Assembly: GCA_000934665.2 (NCBI GenBank)
Contig: KZ538213.1
Span: 1-64,000, forward strand
From: Catajapyx aquilonaris
Taxonomy: Eukaryota
Direction of reading: 5' to 3'
DNA: 64,000 bases
Below are positions 13,305-26,100 of the stretch, in pieces. The translations under genes were made by a program, and so were the position numbers. A model generated the notes under the pieces. The model saw only the letters and a list, made by a program, of their open reading frames with translations, was not told the DNA's origin and did not search any database. How positions within the stretch are numbered: position 1 is the stretch's first letter; every line of letters starts with the position of its first letter.

Positions 13305-16300
13305 GCGGATTAGAGCTCTGTTGGCTTTGTTTGCAGAGCAGAGTCATAATATTGAACCGTTTGCTCTCTCCTTCGGGATAACTGGAGGTCATTTCCACAG
13401 CTTCCGACAGTCCCCCACTCAAAGCTTCTGAAAATTCATGATCACGAAAAGTAGGTGGAGATTTTCTTAATTTAAGTGACGTGGAAGGAATGAACTTGGC
13501 TTTTTAAGAAAAAAAGAGGGTTGGGAATAAGGAAAGGGAAGCGGCCAAGAATAGGAAGGGGGCAACCTGGAAGATGACAGCATGAATATTGATTGCTGAT
13601 GGAGCAAGTCTCTTCCTGGCTGCTTGGGAGGTGAGAGACTGAGTTGGGAAGGTTGCCATGGGAACACTCCCCCTCTCCTGTAAGAATAGGCAGAAATTAG
13701 GAAGTCGGTGAGGGACGTCAGCCCACCCTCTGGCCTTCCCTGCTGGCCATTCACAGGACTTGGAAAACGCACACACTCCTGGCAATATTGATATATAAAA
13801 AAAGTGTGCGATACAAACGCATTTTTCCTTTAGTTCCAATCCTGTGACGCTTCCAAGGGAAAGAGTCACGTAAGCACAATCGTCAGACAGTAAGGATGGA
13901 GTTGGTTTTTAGAAGAAGAAGAAGAAAGAAAGAAAAAAGCGAGCTTCTGTTTCCTAGACGTACGCACACACGACTAGAAACCCCAAACACGTATCCCATC
14001 CAGAAAGTTGGCCGTGATTTAATTCCACGGGCGTTTGGAGGTTCCTTTTCTACCCTGGGTCCACTGGACCAAAGGCCTTCCCATGATTGGGGCAAGGAGA
14101 TTCGGATTTTTTTTTTGTGTGTGTGTAGCTTTTCTTCCTTCAATCGCCTTGATTCCACTAAGGAAATGAATTTTCAATCTCATCCTATACATGGGGGCGA
14201 TTTTTGTTGACGGAATATTGCATTAACCCTGAGAGGGTTGCAAATCCACTTCCATGTATCTGGGATAATCAAGGAGCATAATTGAATAATCCCAAAGCAA
14301 CAGTTGGTAATATTAATGATGTGGGATGAAATAATTTAGCTTATTTGGTATGTCAACATGTTAATTGGTCGTTTTTCAGCTCGTTAGCGGGTAGGGAGGC
14401 CTTACTATATTTTCTATTTGGGGTTTGAACTGGTTACGATGGAGTGGAGTGGAAATAAACTGAATCATGCGGAGTGTATGCTTCATCCGCAGGAAAGTAA
14501 GCGAATATGCATTAATACTTTGGGCTCTGAAATATTCAATAATATTGTCACGCGCTCTATTCTGAGTTACGTAAATATTGTACAGTGCTCTGTAAAACAC
14601 AGCTTGTCAAAGCTTTATTGAAAAGGCCTTTTGTAAGTTTCGGAACAGTGAACGTATTTTTGTGTGTGTGTTACAACAATAACCAGCATAGCTATATGCA
14701 ACGAGTGTATATTCGACATTATTTGTGTAGACCAATCGGATTGTATTTCTACAATGTAATTTTTTAAAGGCTCTGGCCAGAATGAATCGTGCGCGGTACA
14801 AAATGGATGTTGACATAATAATATTCTGCAAATTGGTTCCAGTATAGGTTCGTTAATTTTTCACACATCATTATTATTAAGCAGTGACTTTTGACCTGTT
14901 AAATTGTATGAAAAATATTAGTCCTGCCGCTATTAACTTGAAAATGTAAAATTTTGAAATCATTGTTGCAAGGTAAATCCTGAAAACTTATGGGTTCAAT
15001 TATTGTTCTCATAAGAAGATTGCCCTCAATAATTTAATTGCATTACTTAAAAAATATGAATGGATCTACTCAACCTAATGTGGTTTGAGCAACTAATCTT
15101 TTTTATAGCTTCTAACTTGCTTAAAGTTTACAAAAAAAATCGTGAACTGAAACGGCCACAAGCATGATATTAGCTTAAATGAATCATAACCTCAACTATT
15201 TCCAGTGAAATACAGAGCCTGAAAACAGTGCCAGAAATTGCTTCAAAATTCTGGTAATTTACTGTGAGTATAGCCTACTATACTGTAGAGAAAAGCTATC
15301 TAGCGCACTTAACATTTTCCTCAACTTTTCCTACTAACCATATCAAAGCTCGGACGTCAAACTGAATTTCGCGAAACTCGGTCTCAAGTTCTACAGTTTT
15401 ACCGAACTTCCCTGTCCCCCCTCCCCCCTCCTCACCAAAGTCCATTTCTAGTAAAACTATAACGTTAGGAGGTTTCTTTAGAGGGGACCTTTTGTTCGTC
15501 TCCACACCGCCTTGTTATCATTGGGGGAGGAAAAGACATTTTACTGGTTCCAATTTTGGGCTCTGGGATGGAACCCATATATACGCTGGTTAGGAACGGC
15601 AGCGAATACAAAGCGATCTAAGTTATTTCGCATGGGAGGTGCGGAAGTGCATGGGATGAAGTATAAGAGGACCTGATCTGGTTAGTAATATATGACGTAT
15701 GACGAACAATCTTGGGAACTGCGCTCGATTCCAGATGCCCAGCACCTTCAACTTTAGCTCGTGTCTGGCATGTAGAAAGGGTTGGGGAAAGTTGGGGGAA
15801 AGTGACGTCACAAGCTATGTTTGAAGTGAAGGGGGCTTAAAACATATGGCGGAAAATTTTCGGAACATTTTGGTGAAAAAATTACGATCTGTTCCCACAG
15901 CTACTAATTTAAAAAATTCATATACACGAAAATTAATACACGTATGAAAGTTCATATCCTTTCATGTGGCTTTGAAATCTGAATAATTTGCAATATTTAA
16001 GCACTGCAATTTTAGCTCACACTCTTCTATAGTTCGTATACGTTTCATACCAAAAATGTATTAGTACTCTAAGAGTAATACGAGTCCTGTACAGCTTCCT
16101 CTATCGTATACTTGGTTGCATCCCTTTCATGCCCCAGTCGGTTCCTTTCCGGCGAAGAAAATATTCGCAAAGCATCAGAAGACTTGCAGCTTAATTGAAT
16201 TTTGTGGGAGGGATGGAAATTCCACGGGAGTTTTTAGCCTCCCAAAAAAAGCGGGTATTTCCAATCCGTTTTGTGTTTGGTCAGCAGTCGGTCGGAAGTA

Positions 16301-19300
16301 ATTAAGCAGGAATATTTCCAGCACACAAAAATGCCGCCTCACTGATGCGAAATTAACTTTGCATTGCATTTCTGCATTCATGATGCACAAGATCGTCGCC
16401 AGAAAATTTTTGGCAAATACAATCTGGCTCACTCCCACAGAATGCTGGAGAGGAATCCGTGGCTGAACAGTAAAATAGTTTAGTGTAACACTATCGGGCC
16501 GAACATCCGGAGATAAACCCGATCTCTGTGGTGTCTGCAGGTTGCGTCCTATGGTTTCTGAGAGCCTGAGATCGTGAATCTTTCATCTGCTTTCCCGCGC
16601 ATTTGATACCAATTAGGAACGTTAATTATCTGCTTCGAGTCGACATGAAAGCAGTGGAGGTAGTGGCGATAATGAGCCATTACTCGTACATCGACCTGTT
16701 CCATGGGTTTACCGAGCTGGCCGAGTCGTAAACCTTGGTTTCAAACGGTTGTGTACCTTGGAGAACTATACTCTGAAGCTCCGCAGGTTTTGGCCCAGTT
16801 GATAACAGGGAATTGGAGGTTACGTTTGCACAGGGGCTGGCTTTAGGATCTATTCAGGTGTGAGCCTAATCTATTTTTGATGCCTAGAAAAGTGCCGTTC
16901 TTTGAACTATAGTGTAGGGACTTTGGTGCAGTGAAAGTCATCAAAATATCACGAGTTAAATTGGACAACAAAATGGTGCAGTAGTTAAGATTATTTCAAA
17001 TTTTGAAATCGTGACGATGAAAATAAAATTAGCGAAAAATATTTATTGGTGGTTGAAATGATTTAAAATGTGTTAACATGAAGCTTATGGTGTCGTATGC
17101 AAGTGACTGCTTATCTCATTATTGTAAAGGTGTCAGGTACATGTACTCTGCTAACATTCTTGCCCAACCGCCGAATAGTGTAAAGTCTAGTAGCTAATTA
17201 TACGACACAGGATCACTCCACCAAATCGGCCTAATGAAGCCTCGGGAGTAGAGAGGATTGGAAGGACCCTTCCTCTTTTTTGGGAGGCCTGGTCACAAAC
17301 GCTTTAGGATCATCCTAGCACTATTAAAGTGCTTGGGACTTGCATATTTTACTGATGTAAATGTTTGGGCTGACCTTTCAGTGGTTCACAGCCTGCAGGA
17401 TATTTTGACTAGAGAGGAGTTAGCTTGGTTAACCTTAACTAGTTAGCAGCTGATGCGTTCGTAAATATTACCGTTTCATGAGGAAAAAAAACATTACAAA
17501 AACCAGACAATATGGCCGAATTATACCGCAGATTATCGTAGATTCGTAGGACAAGTGTTTCCGGGGTTTAAAAGGTAATTGCTATGTGATGTAAGTTTCG
17601 AACCACCCTGCATGTTTTCCCTCGGGAGTTTTAGTCAAGACAGTGTTACTTATCGGGGAGTAAAAGAAGAGAAGCTGTGTCTTCACTTTTTAAAAGGCGA
17701 AATGGAACTTTATTCAGGCTCCTTTTCGCTGCAGACGAGTTGTAATTATAGGCCTATTTCAACCCTCGCTTTGCAATGCAAATAATGGAGATCAAGATGC
17801 AAATTTTACTCTCTCTCAAGTGCCACGGAATTTTACAGCCTCTCCTCAGAATATGGTGTGAAATTATTCCTGCACCGAAAAACTTTTCTTTGCTCGCGAT
17901 AACCCCTCCCCCGCATTTTGCTCCGAGCTTTAGGACTCAGGGGCCATTTCCATTTAACAACAATGAGTGACTGAAAATGGATCAAACCTGGCAGGTTCAG
18001 TGCTCTCTCTCCCCCAACTATATTTGTACCACCTGGACCAAACGGGTAGCTAGAAGGGGATTACAGCGCACTCTAAATTATTCACGCCGAGATTCCTGTG
18101 CAAAAACAGACGTTGCCTGAAGGCAAGCCTATTTCGTCCCAATGTCGGCCCCCCCATCGAATATAATCCACCACAGTCCATGATGATTTTGAGCCTATTG
18201 TTCTGACCCAGAGTTATATTTTTGGCAGGCCCAGCACCCGCAGTCTCGGGGATTAACACCGTTGACGGACGGAATTATTGCGAACTACATGACAAGTGAG
18301 CGGAAAGAAAACAGGCGATTGGGTTATCAGCAGCGTTGAAAACGGCCAGCCTCCCCGCCAGATGAAAATCTGCATGGAATGTTGGCCCACACACATATCC
18401 TCCAAAACATTCAAAAGCGAGCTTGGCTCGGATTACCCCCTCTGAAATGCAACGGGGTGTGGAAATATTATACAATGGGGGCCGCACATTTTCGTCTTTG
18501 GCCGAACTGGCAAGCTGATTAGCCTTACTAAGCTGGGCGATAACAGTGTTGGCAGAGAGGAGCTCGGCGACGGTATTAAGACTGCTAATGCAGCCGAGAG
18601 AAGGATTACGGTCCACCTGAGAGTCCAAAGAGAACGACAAGGGGGGGGGGGACAATCTGCATGTCCAGAGGGATATTGGGGGCGTGGGAAGTAAACAGGT
18701 CGCGACTCCACTGGCCATCGATGAATTTAAGTCACTGGGACTTAAGAGAAGCTTGGCCTTCTCATGCGACTCGGACGGAGGAATCGGGAACTTGAGCAAG
18801 TCTGCTGGAAGGGGATTGGCTGGCTTAGATACGCTCCAGCCACTCCAAGAGAAGGTCCCATAATATGGCTTTTAACCTATGATCAAATTTGGTGGTAATG
18901 TCATCATGTGTTCAATGTATGCATTTTTTCTCCCCATTTGTTGCAAAAATGGCCTGGGGATCTTCTTAACGAATGGGAAGTATCGGCAATATTTTGATGC
19001 TAATTTAAATGCCAAAAGTTACTATTGATCTCCTGCTGTTCATCAGAAGTTTTCTTTCAATCTTTTAAGCCCGCAGCGATTCATAAAAGTTGCTTCTTAT
19101 AGCGTTAGTTCTGTCTAGCTTATATAATGAGCCAGACTCCAATATACAGATTTTGTTTTTTAAAAAAAGTGGCTAGGCGAAAACTAGGTGTGAAATGCTG
19201 CGGTGAAAAATTAATGAGATTAATTTTTAATTCAGGACCAAGCGGTTTGACGGATGCATCAGTCACTTAAAAATCCATGCGGTTTGCATGTCAAACACAT

Positions 19301-20077
19301 TCAGGTGAATGGAACGATTCAAAAGCAACGTTTTCATTGCCGTCTACAATACAATATGTATGGGAAATAAACTTCAACCGAATCGTTTCATCCTGACCGT
19401 TATGCAACATCACCCTTGTCGTACTGGCAACATAAGAGGCAGGATTAAAACCGTGGTATGACCTTCAGATCGTGCATTATTCACACATGTCCTGTACCGT
19501 ATTATCGGGCTGGCTGTTGGCTCATATTTAATGAGCCGATCTTTGCCTTGAAGGCAGCTGTTTAGCCATTCCTGACCTACGGTAGCAAAAATTTCAACGA
19601 GGCAGGAAAGGGCATGCCCTGCACGGTTATAAATAACCTGACCTCGTTTTATATGCGGTTCTCTCTCAAGCTTAAAGTTGGATTTCATGACAAACTAACT
19701 TTATTCTAACCCGGAACGTTGGGAAATTTTGTTACGAAAGTACCTTGGAGCACACAAACTCTTCCCGTTAGATAGGTAGGCAGAAAATGAAGCAATTGAA
19801 ATGGACACGTACTGTGTGCATGAATCATTATTGCTATCTGTGTTTCACACGCTCGAGTGCGCCTAAATGGTACTCCCAAAGGAAACTTTGTAGAAATCTT
19901 TCAATCTGGACACGTCAGACCTGGTTGATCGATCACTCTCGGTACGCCAGGACTAATGTGGCCGCTCCTTGCCTTGTTTCCTGAAGGAAATCTCTTCAGC
20001 GGAAAAAACAAGGCGTACCAGTGGCAGATGATGATTGAAAAGCTAATTTTTTTTCTTCATCCTATGTGTTTTTCCAG

Positions 20078-20194
20078 GTCGGTGCGGAGTTGGAAGTCCA
20101 TGCGAACACCAGTGCTTCGAGCTGCATGATGGCATGTTCGAGTGTGACTGCAAGGAAGGGTTCATCTTGCACGAGAATGGATACAGCTGCATTG
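20078..20194 (+). CDS. EGFLAM: Coding exon (first visible): N-terminal EGF-like domain RCGVGSPCEHQCFELHDGMFECDCKEGFILHENGYSCI
   Basis: Polypyrimidine tract and ttttccag acceptor (AG 20076-20077); donor g|gtaagt at 20195. 117 nt, phase 1-1, six Cys in EGF spacing. Not in the ORF track in this frame. Joins in frame to the 38438 exon. Confidence 0.88.
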
Positions 20195-23100
20195 GTAAGT
20201 ATTTTAATCGACTTGGTCACAAATCGTTGCAAAGTAGTTGGGAAGATAGTTGGGAAGAAAATTAGTAGATGGCGCATGCTGTTTCTTTCCGAAATTATAT
20301 AGCGGCACGACATGACGGAGGCGTCTTATAGGATTCATCTCTTGGTCCAGACCACCAGTGTCGATTTGCTCTGGAAATTTGCTCACCAAAGTTAGCGCCA
20401 TCTTCTAAGAACTTGGGTTTTCCCTGGTGTGTCTGTGGTACAATACAAGCTCTTAATTACATAAATGAGAGATCGATCCGGGTTCTCTCCCCCTTCCACT
20501 TTCCCAGGGCGTATCCAGTCAAATGTACCACATTAAATGACAGATAGGATGGTTATTGCTTCTTTACGGTTTTAGGGGTGTCGCGTTTCTTTGATTTTGG
20601 CCTTGGGCTTTTGCTATCTTTATTAGGAGAGTAATGGGAACATTTCGTGGGCTGCGGGTTTCGCCTTCTAGGAGTAATGATTTTCTCAAGTAATAGGTAC
20701 AGTAATTTTTAGCGATAACTTTCGCGCACTTGTGCTGCTGTCTGGTGGATATAAACCAGGTCACAAGTACAGGACCGGCTCGTAAAGAAGAAAACCAGGT
20801 TGTTGTCGTCACGTACGAGGCATTAAAATCCCCTTGCCCCCCCGTATGGTTTATGATAACCGCATGGAAAAGAATTTTGCCTAGCCATTAAACCCGTCAT
20901 GAAACATCACATTCCCATCTCCACCTTCATTGTTTCCGCATGCAAATAGTGTCATCTGCGGATATTGCCGAATGGCATCGCGCCATTAAAAGTCGCTCAT
21001 AAAGTGTGGGGGCAACTGCGAAATAAACGTGTGAGAGATGAGGGGGCAGCAGACAAGGGAGTGTGTATCAATCGAGTGTTTTGACACTCACTGTCTTTTT
21101 TAATCTCCGAAAGAGTAATGGAAAATTATCCCTCCGGATGGCACAATAGTACAGTACTGTGGCAAAATCCGGACATTTTTTTTTTGGACCCCGGTTTTCG
21201 GCGTGCGCGGACCAATTACGGTATTCCCGGTTGCCGCTCGATAATGGCGGACGAGCGAAGTAGGGGCTGTGTGGCAAAGTTTACATTTTCCAGAGGGGGG
21301 ACTCGAGGTAGTTGGATGCAACATGCAAGGCCCAACCGTCAGTATTTACTAGTCAAGTCCTACCTTTATGAAGGTGCGAAAGTTTAGGGTCGTCAAGACG
21401 TGCTCTGGTAAATAAGGGTGGTGCTAACGACCGGATGGATCGAAATAGTGGGCCTGATGTTGCAGGAAATTCTGGAGACAAAGATCGGTCGGTAGTTGCA
21501 CATTGTTAACTAGCGAATCGTAATTTTAATTAAATTTTTAAATGCCCAGATGCCTGGTCAAGCTTAATCCAAACTTAGCCTAAAATGGTTTGCATCATGT
21601 AAGGGTGAAAAGTGATCAAAGTCGCGAATAATTTTAATTAACATTAAAATGTCCGCATCGGGGTCAAAATTGGGTAAATTTAGCCTAAAATGGGTTGCAT
21701 CATGCAAGGATGTGACCCCAAGTGGAACGGTACAATTGTCGTGATATCCGATTTATTGGCAAAGTTGGGCATAGAGTAAACAAGTTCGCCAGTTTCCAGT
21801 TGTACAGAAGCACCATCCCGCAGAACAATAAAAGCGAACTCCCAAGTGTTGTTTTTTTTTCCTTTTCTTCTGCAGTTATTAGGTCACGCTAAATGTAGTG
21901 TACCACGAAAGTCTGACCTGCAGTGAAACAAATGGGTCTGGCAGAGCACTAGCTCTGCTGGCCCCAAGTGTACATAAGGACTGCCACTTGCCAGCCTCAT
22001 ATTCGGCCATTCCGGGTCCGGTGCCCGTATATTTCCCAGACGACAAGGTTCCCATAGACCGATGGAATATATATTGAATTATTAGGCAAAAAAGGTTTCG
22101 TGTACATGCTAGGTCTGCTTTTGCCCCCTTATAACCTTTTTCTCTCTCTCTCTGAGGGAGTATAAGGGGGGTTCTCGTCATGCCAACCATCGCGTGTAAC
22201 GATCGCAAGATTTCATGGCGGCGCCTGGTTTGTGTAGTACGGCACGGAAGGGCCTCGAAAAAGAAGTTTGCTGGATAATCCACTTTTCTCATGTGGCGTT
22301 GAAAGCTGCCTGGACGAGCCTTCTTCCGTTCCTTCAGTCAACATTTATTGCAAGGGCCCCTGTGATCCCCCGGAGAAGACTTGACTCTGACGAGTTCGAC
22401 TTTTTTGAGCGCTAATTCCATTACGTTGTATAACAGATTGGGGGCTCACTAGGAGTGGAAAGAAGGTTAATCCGTTTATTCTGCTCGAACCATTTCCAGC
22501 ACTAAAAGTTGAAGCCTGGACTTCGTCCTGTGCTCTTCTGACGTCTCAGCGCTGAGCTGGTGCGAAATAGGCTCAGGTTCGCTGGATGAAGTCAAGCCAA
22601 GATTCGTGTTAAGCGACACCACCCATATGTAACATTTTGAATTATTTCAAGATGTTCCGCTATGTAAACTACCACCAGCTCTTATCTGGATTAGGCGCCA
22701 TTTCCGTTTTGTTATTCCAAGAAGCCAGACGCATTCACGCCCACAAGATGGCCGAAGTGAAGCCCACGCCACCACTTTCCTGCTGAAAGGGGTCAAAAAG
22801 TAAAGCCCACGCCATCTTCTCACGATCAAAATGGCGGTGCAAGCCCACGCCATTTGAAGCCCCCACCGCCTCTCAAAAAGTCAAGGATATATATTTTTCT
22901 GGTACTGGAACGGTTCCCAGCAACTGCTGTGGAAACGGTCCAGAATTGATAGTGACTGATTATTTCATATCCGGAAATGGTGATGTGTGGCGATTGCTTT
23001 TTTCGGATCCGGCCCAAAGTTAAGTTTTAGGCCCAGAAGGTGCGGGGCCGTTTGGAGCATACGAACCGGTTCTTGACATAAAAAAAAGAATACATATATA

Positions 23101-26100
23101 TGCCAGCTTGTGGTTACATTTTTGGGAGCAGAAGGGGGGGGGGGGGNNNNNNNNNNNNNNNNNNNNNNNNNNNNNNNNNNNNNNNNNNNNNNNNNNNNNN
23201 NNNNNNNNNNNNNNNNNNNNNNNNNNNNNNGGGGGGGGTCCTTTTAGGTGCCCCCCCCCCCCCCCCCTTGCTATTCAGACACTCCATAAAGTTAGCCTTG
23301 AAAACGGTTTCCTACGGCGCCCAAAGAAAGATTCCGCTTCGCATCACTTCCAGCTCTGCTCCATGTCACATTTGACATTTCTAACCGATATTTCTCCATC
23401 GAACGGCTCGTATCAACGGGCATCAGCCATGGAAATGAATCCTTTTACACCGCTTATGCCTATTTTTTATTTAAAAAAAGGTAATAAATCCGCGCTGCTA
23501 GAACACCGGATTAATTCTATTTTATCGAGACATTATTAACAATAAGGACTCTTTGTGTAATAGTAAAAGCAATTTTTCCTGCGGGCATTAAAGTTAATCT
23601 GCAGTTTCAGAATTCACATGTCCCATGAGGTAGTGAATGGGTCACGAAAGGAGCTCTCTTTTCAATGAACTCTTCAACAAAAATGTGGGGGGGTGGCAGA
23701 GAGGAAAAAATTTTCAATGCTCCGCACATACGTCGGTTAATTTTTCACAATGTGGCCTGCCTGAAAGTGTCATTAATTTCCGCCCCCCTAGAAAAAGAAA
23801 TGAGTCTGGCCGACGCCTGTGCGGTTTGGGACCACAAATCATTGTCCCGGCTTTCTTGTTTCCCGGGACAGTTGGCGGAGAAAAGTCACTTGGTCCACAC
23901 TCTTTCAGAAAGCTGCCCGAGCTCGAAATTTTGGTACCGCTTATGAAAGAGGAACTAAAGTTAGAAATGCCTTCTAATTATTTTTGAATCATAATAATTT
24001 TTAAATAAATTCAATTCAAAGATAATTCGATGTGAATCAGCACTACAAATCTGCCAGTGACTTTCATTTTTCTAAAAATTAGTTAGAATTTTTGCTCAGG
24101 CGTGAATATTTTCTCTGAAAAATATTTTATGGTGAGACACAAATTATGCTGTTTTTGTGCATTTTTTAATATAAAAAAAGACATGCAAACGGCTGCAAAT
24201 CATGACTTAACGGTACGGACCAGACCGATCAATCTGACTGGCAATTCATGGGAAATCAATGGACCGGACGCTGAAAATTAATCAGGCAATTATATTAAAC
24301 GCGCAATAATTGATGTGCGTGACGTTCATACCCGAGAAGACGAGAATGATTGAGGGTTTATTGTTGGCGCTTTTATTATCCCCTCTCGACGAGGATTTCC
24401 GATCGCATAATTCGGTGGGGATGCGCAAAAAAATTGAATAGCGAATCAAGTCGATTTTTGCTTCAAAAAAAAACGAGGCTGAACCATCTGTAATCTCATT
24501 AAATACACACAGAAAAAAATGTTTAAAGAGCGAAATCCTTTCGTTCAAGTCTCGTGTCGTATGGAATTTCGTCGTGACAGCCACAGGGAATTCTTCTTCT
24601 TTTCATCCCCCCCTTCTATAGCCATAGCTTTTTCTCTCCCCCTTCTCTCTTTTTTTTATATCATGTCATTGAGAAGGCCTCCCCCTCTCTGCTCCTTCCC
24701 CCACCTTCCAATCTCGCCTCTTTTCACCCCGTTTATTATTTTCGGAGCCGTCCGCGACCTCACTAAGGTCTGTAAGTGGCTGGCACTGAGTTCATTTTCG
24801 GAGTGCTAAAGGGAGAGTGGGGGTAAAAGGTCGTGTGGCTTGAATGGGCCAAAAAATGTGTCCTTTGCTCGGTCGGCCAGTAAATGGAGCGTCATTTCGA
24901 CGTGCATCGTCGGAATACAGAACTTCATTTCGGATTGCGATGGAAGCTTATCATCAGCCCAATTGCCAAAGTCTAGGGGGGGGTCCCCCCTAATTTGCGG
25001 CAGATCAACTTTGTCGAAGGACACCTTCAAAAAAAAGGTGTGTCGTGCGGAGAAAAGGGAACGACCAGTTTGACTTCTTTTTCTGACGCCTTGGGTTCAA
25101 ATTGACAGGAAATGGGAGATGAAAGGACAAATTATATCGCTGCTTCGCTGTTTCGCTGCTTTGCAGGGTAATGTGACAAAGGCGTAGTAATGAGCACGAT
25201 TTCGATTCTGATTGCGTTCCATGCCAATTGGGCGTCGTCTTTTGTCGCGATGCTGCACATGCATGCAAAGGTCATTTTTTTAAAAAAATAATTGAATAAT
25301 TGCAGGTGCTTTCTAAGATGCGCCTATAACCATCAGCTAACTAATATATGATGGGATATCATCGGCTCCATAGAATATTTATCTCTCAAAAGCTTCACTC
25401 GGCTTTACTCCGACCGCTGTTTGACCAGTCTTTTTGAATGCTCTGCACAAAAGCTTACAACCGCCCCCACACCATTTTTCACGGCACTGTAAAGCTAACA
25501 CTTGCACGTCTGGTCCTAAAAATTCATGTTTGTGGATCCACCCAATAATAAGCTCCAATACTGGAAACATTGGCCTGCGCCTCATACTCCGGCATCAAAG
25601 GGTTTTGCTGCTGGTTATACAGGGTGTTTAGTAACAACCTTCTAGAGGGGATAATATGTGTCATTTTTTTGTCTCAAACATCACACTTATTGTAATGGAA
25701 GCTGTATTATTGCCAGTTTTAGTTAGATTACCCCTACTATAGTTACTGCTAACTTGGCAATATCTGTGTTGGCAGTTGTACTGGTAAGTTAGCAGTAACT
25801 AGCAGTGGGGATAAAATTCAACCAATGGTTGATATACCGGTATGTTCGAAGGCAATTATATCATGATTGAATTGTCTGTCACGCCTACATGAATTGACCA
25901 ACTACTCATTCTGTAAGTTTGTCCGAACCATTCCAAAACACTCTGTATACAGTTCATTCCTTCTGCGCTGCACTGCTCCCTGGCCAAAACCACCAGGGGG
26001 GGGGGGGGGGGGTTATCAAGTTCCCTGGTATAACATTTCTCACGTCAGTGTCTAGAAATACCCTCCCTAGAGTTGTGCAACATCGTATAAGCTGGCCAGT

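Noticed and set aside
231..15000. Candidate donors for the missing first exon (at 237, 1008 and 14973)
   Set aside because: The upstream phase-1 frames hit stop codons or lack an ATG and signal peptide.
21851..21875. Strong polypyrimidine tract plus CAG acceptor in the 18-kb intron
   Set aside because: All three frames stop within about 17 codons and no good donor follows. Treated as a decoy, although a poison exon cannot be excluded.
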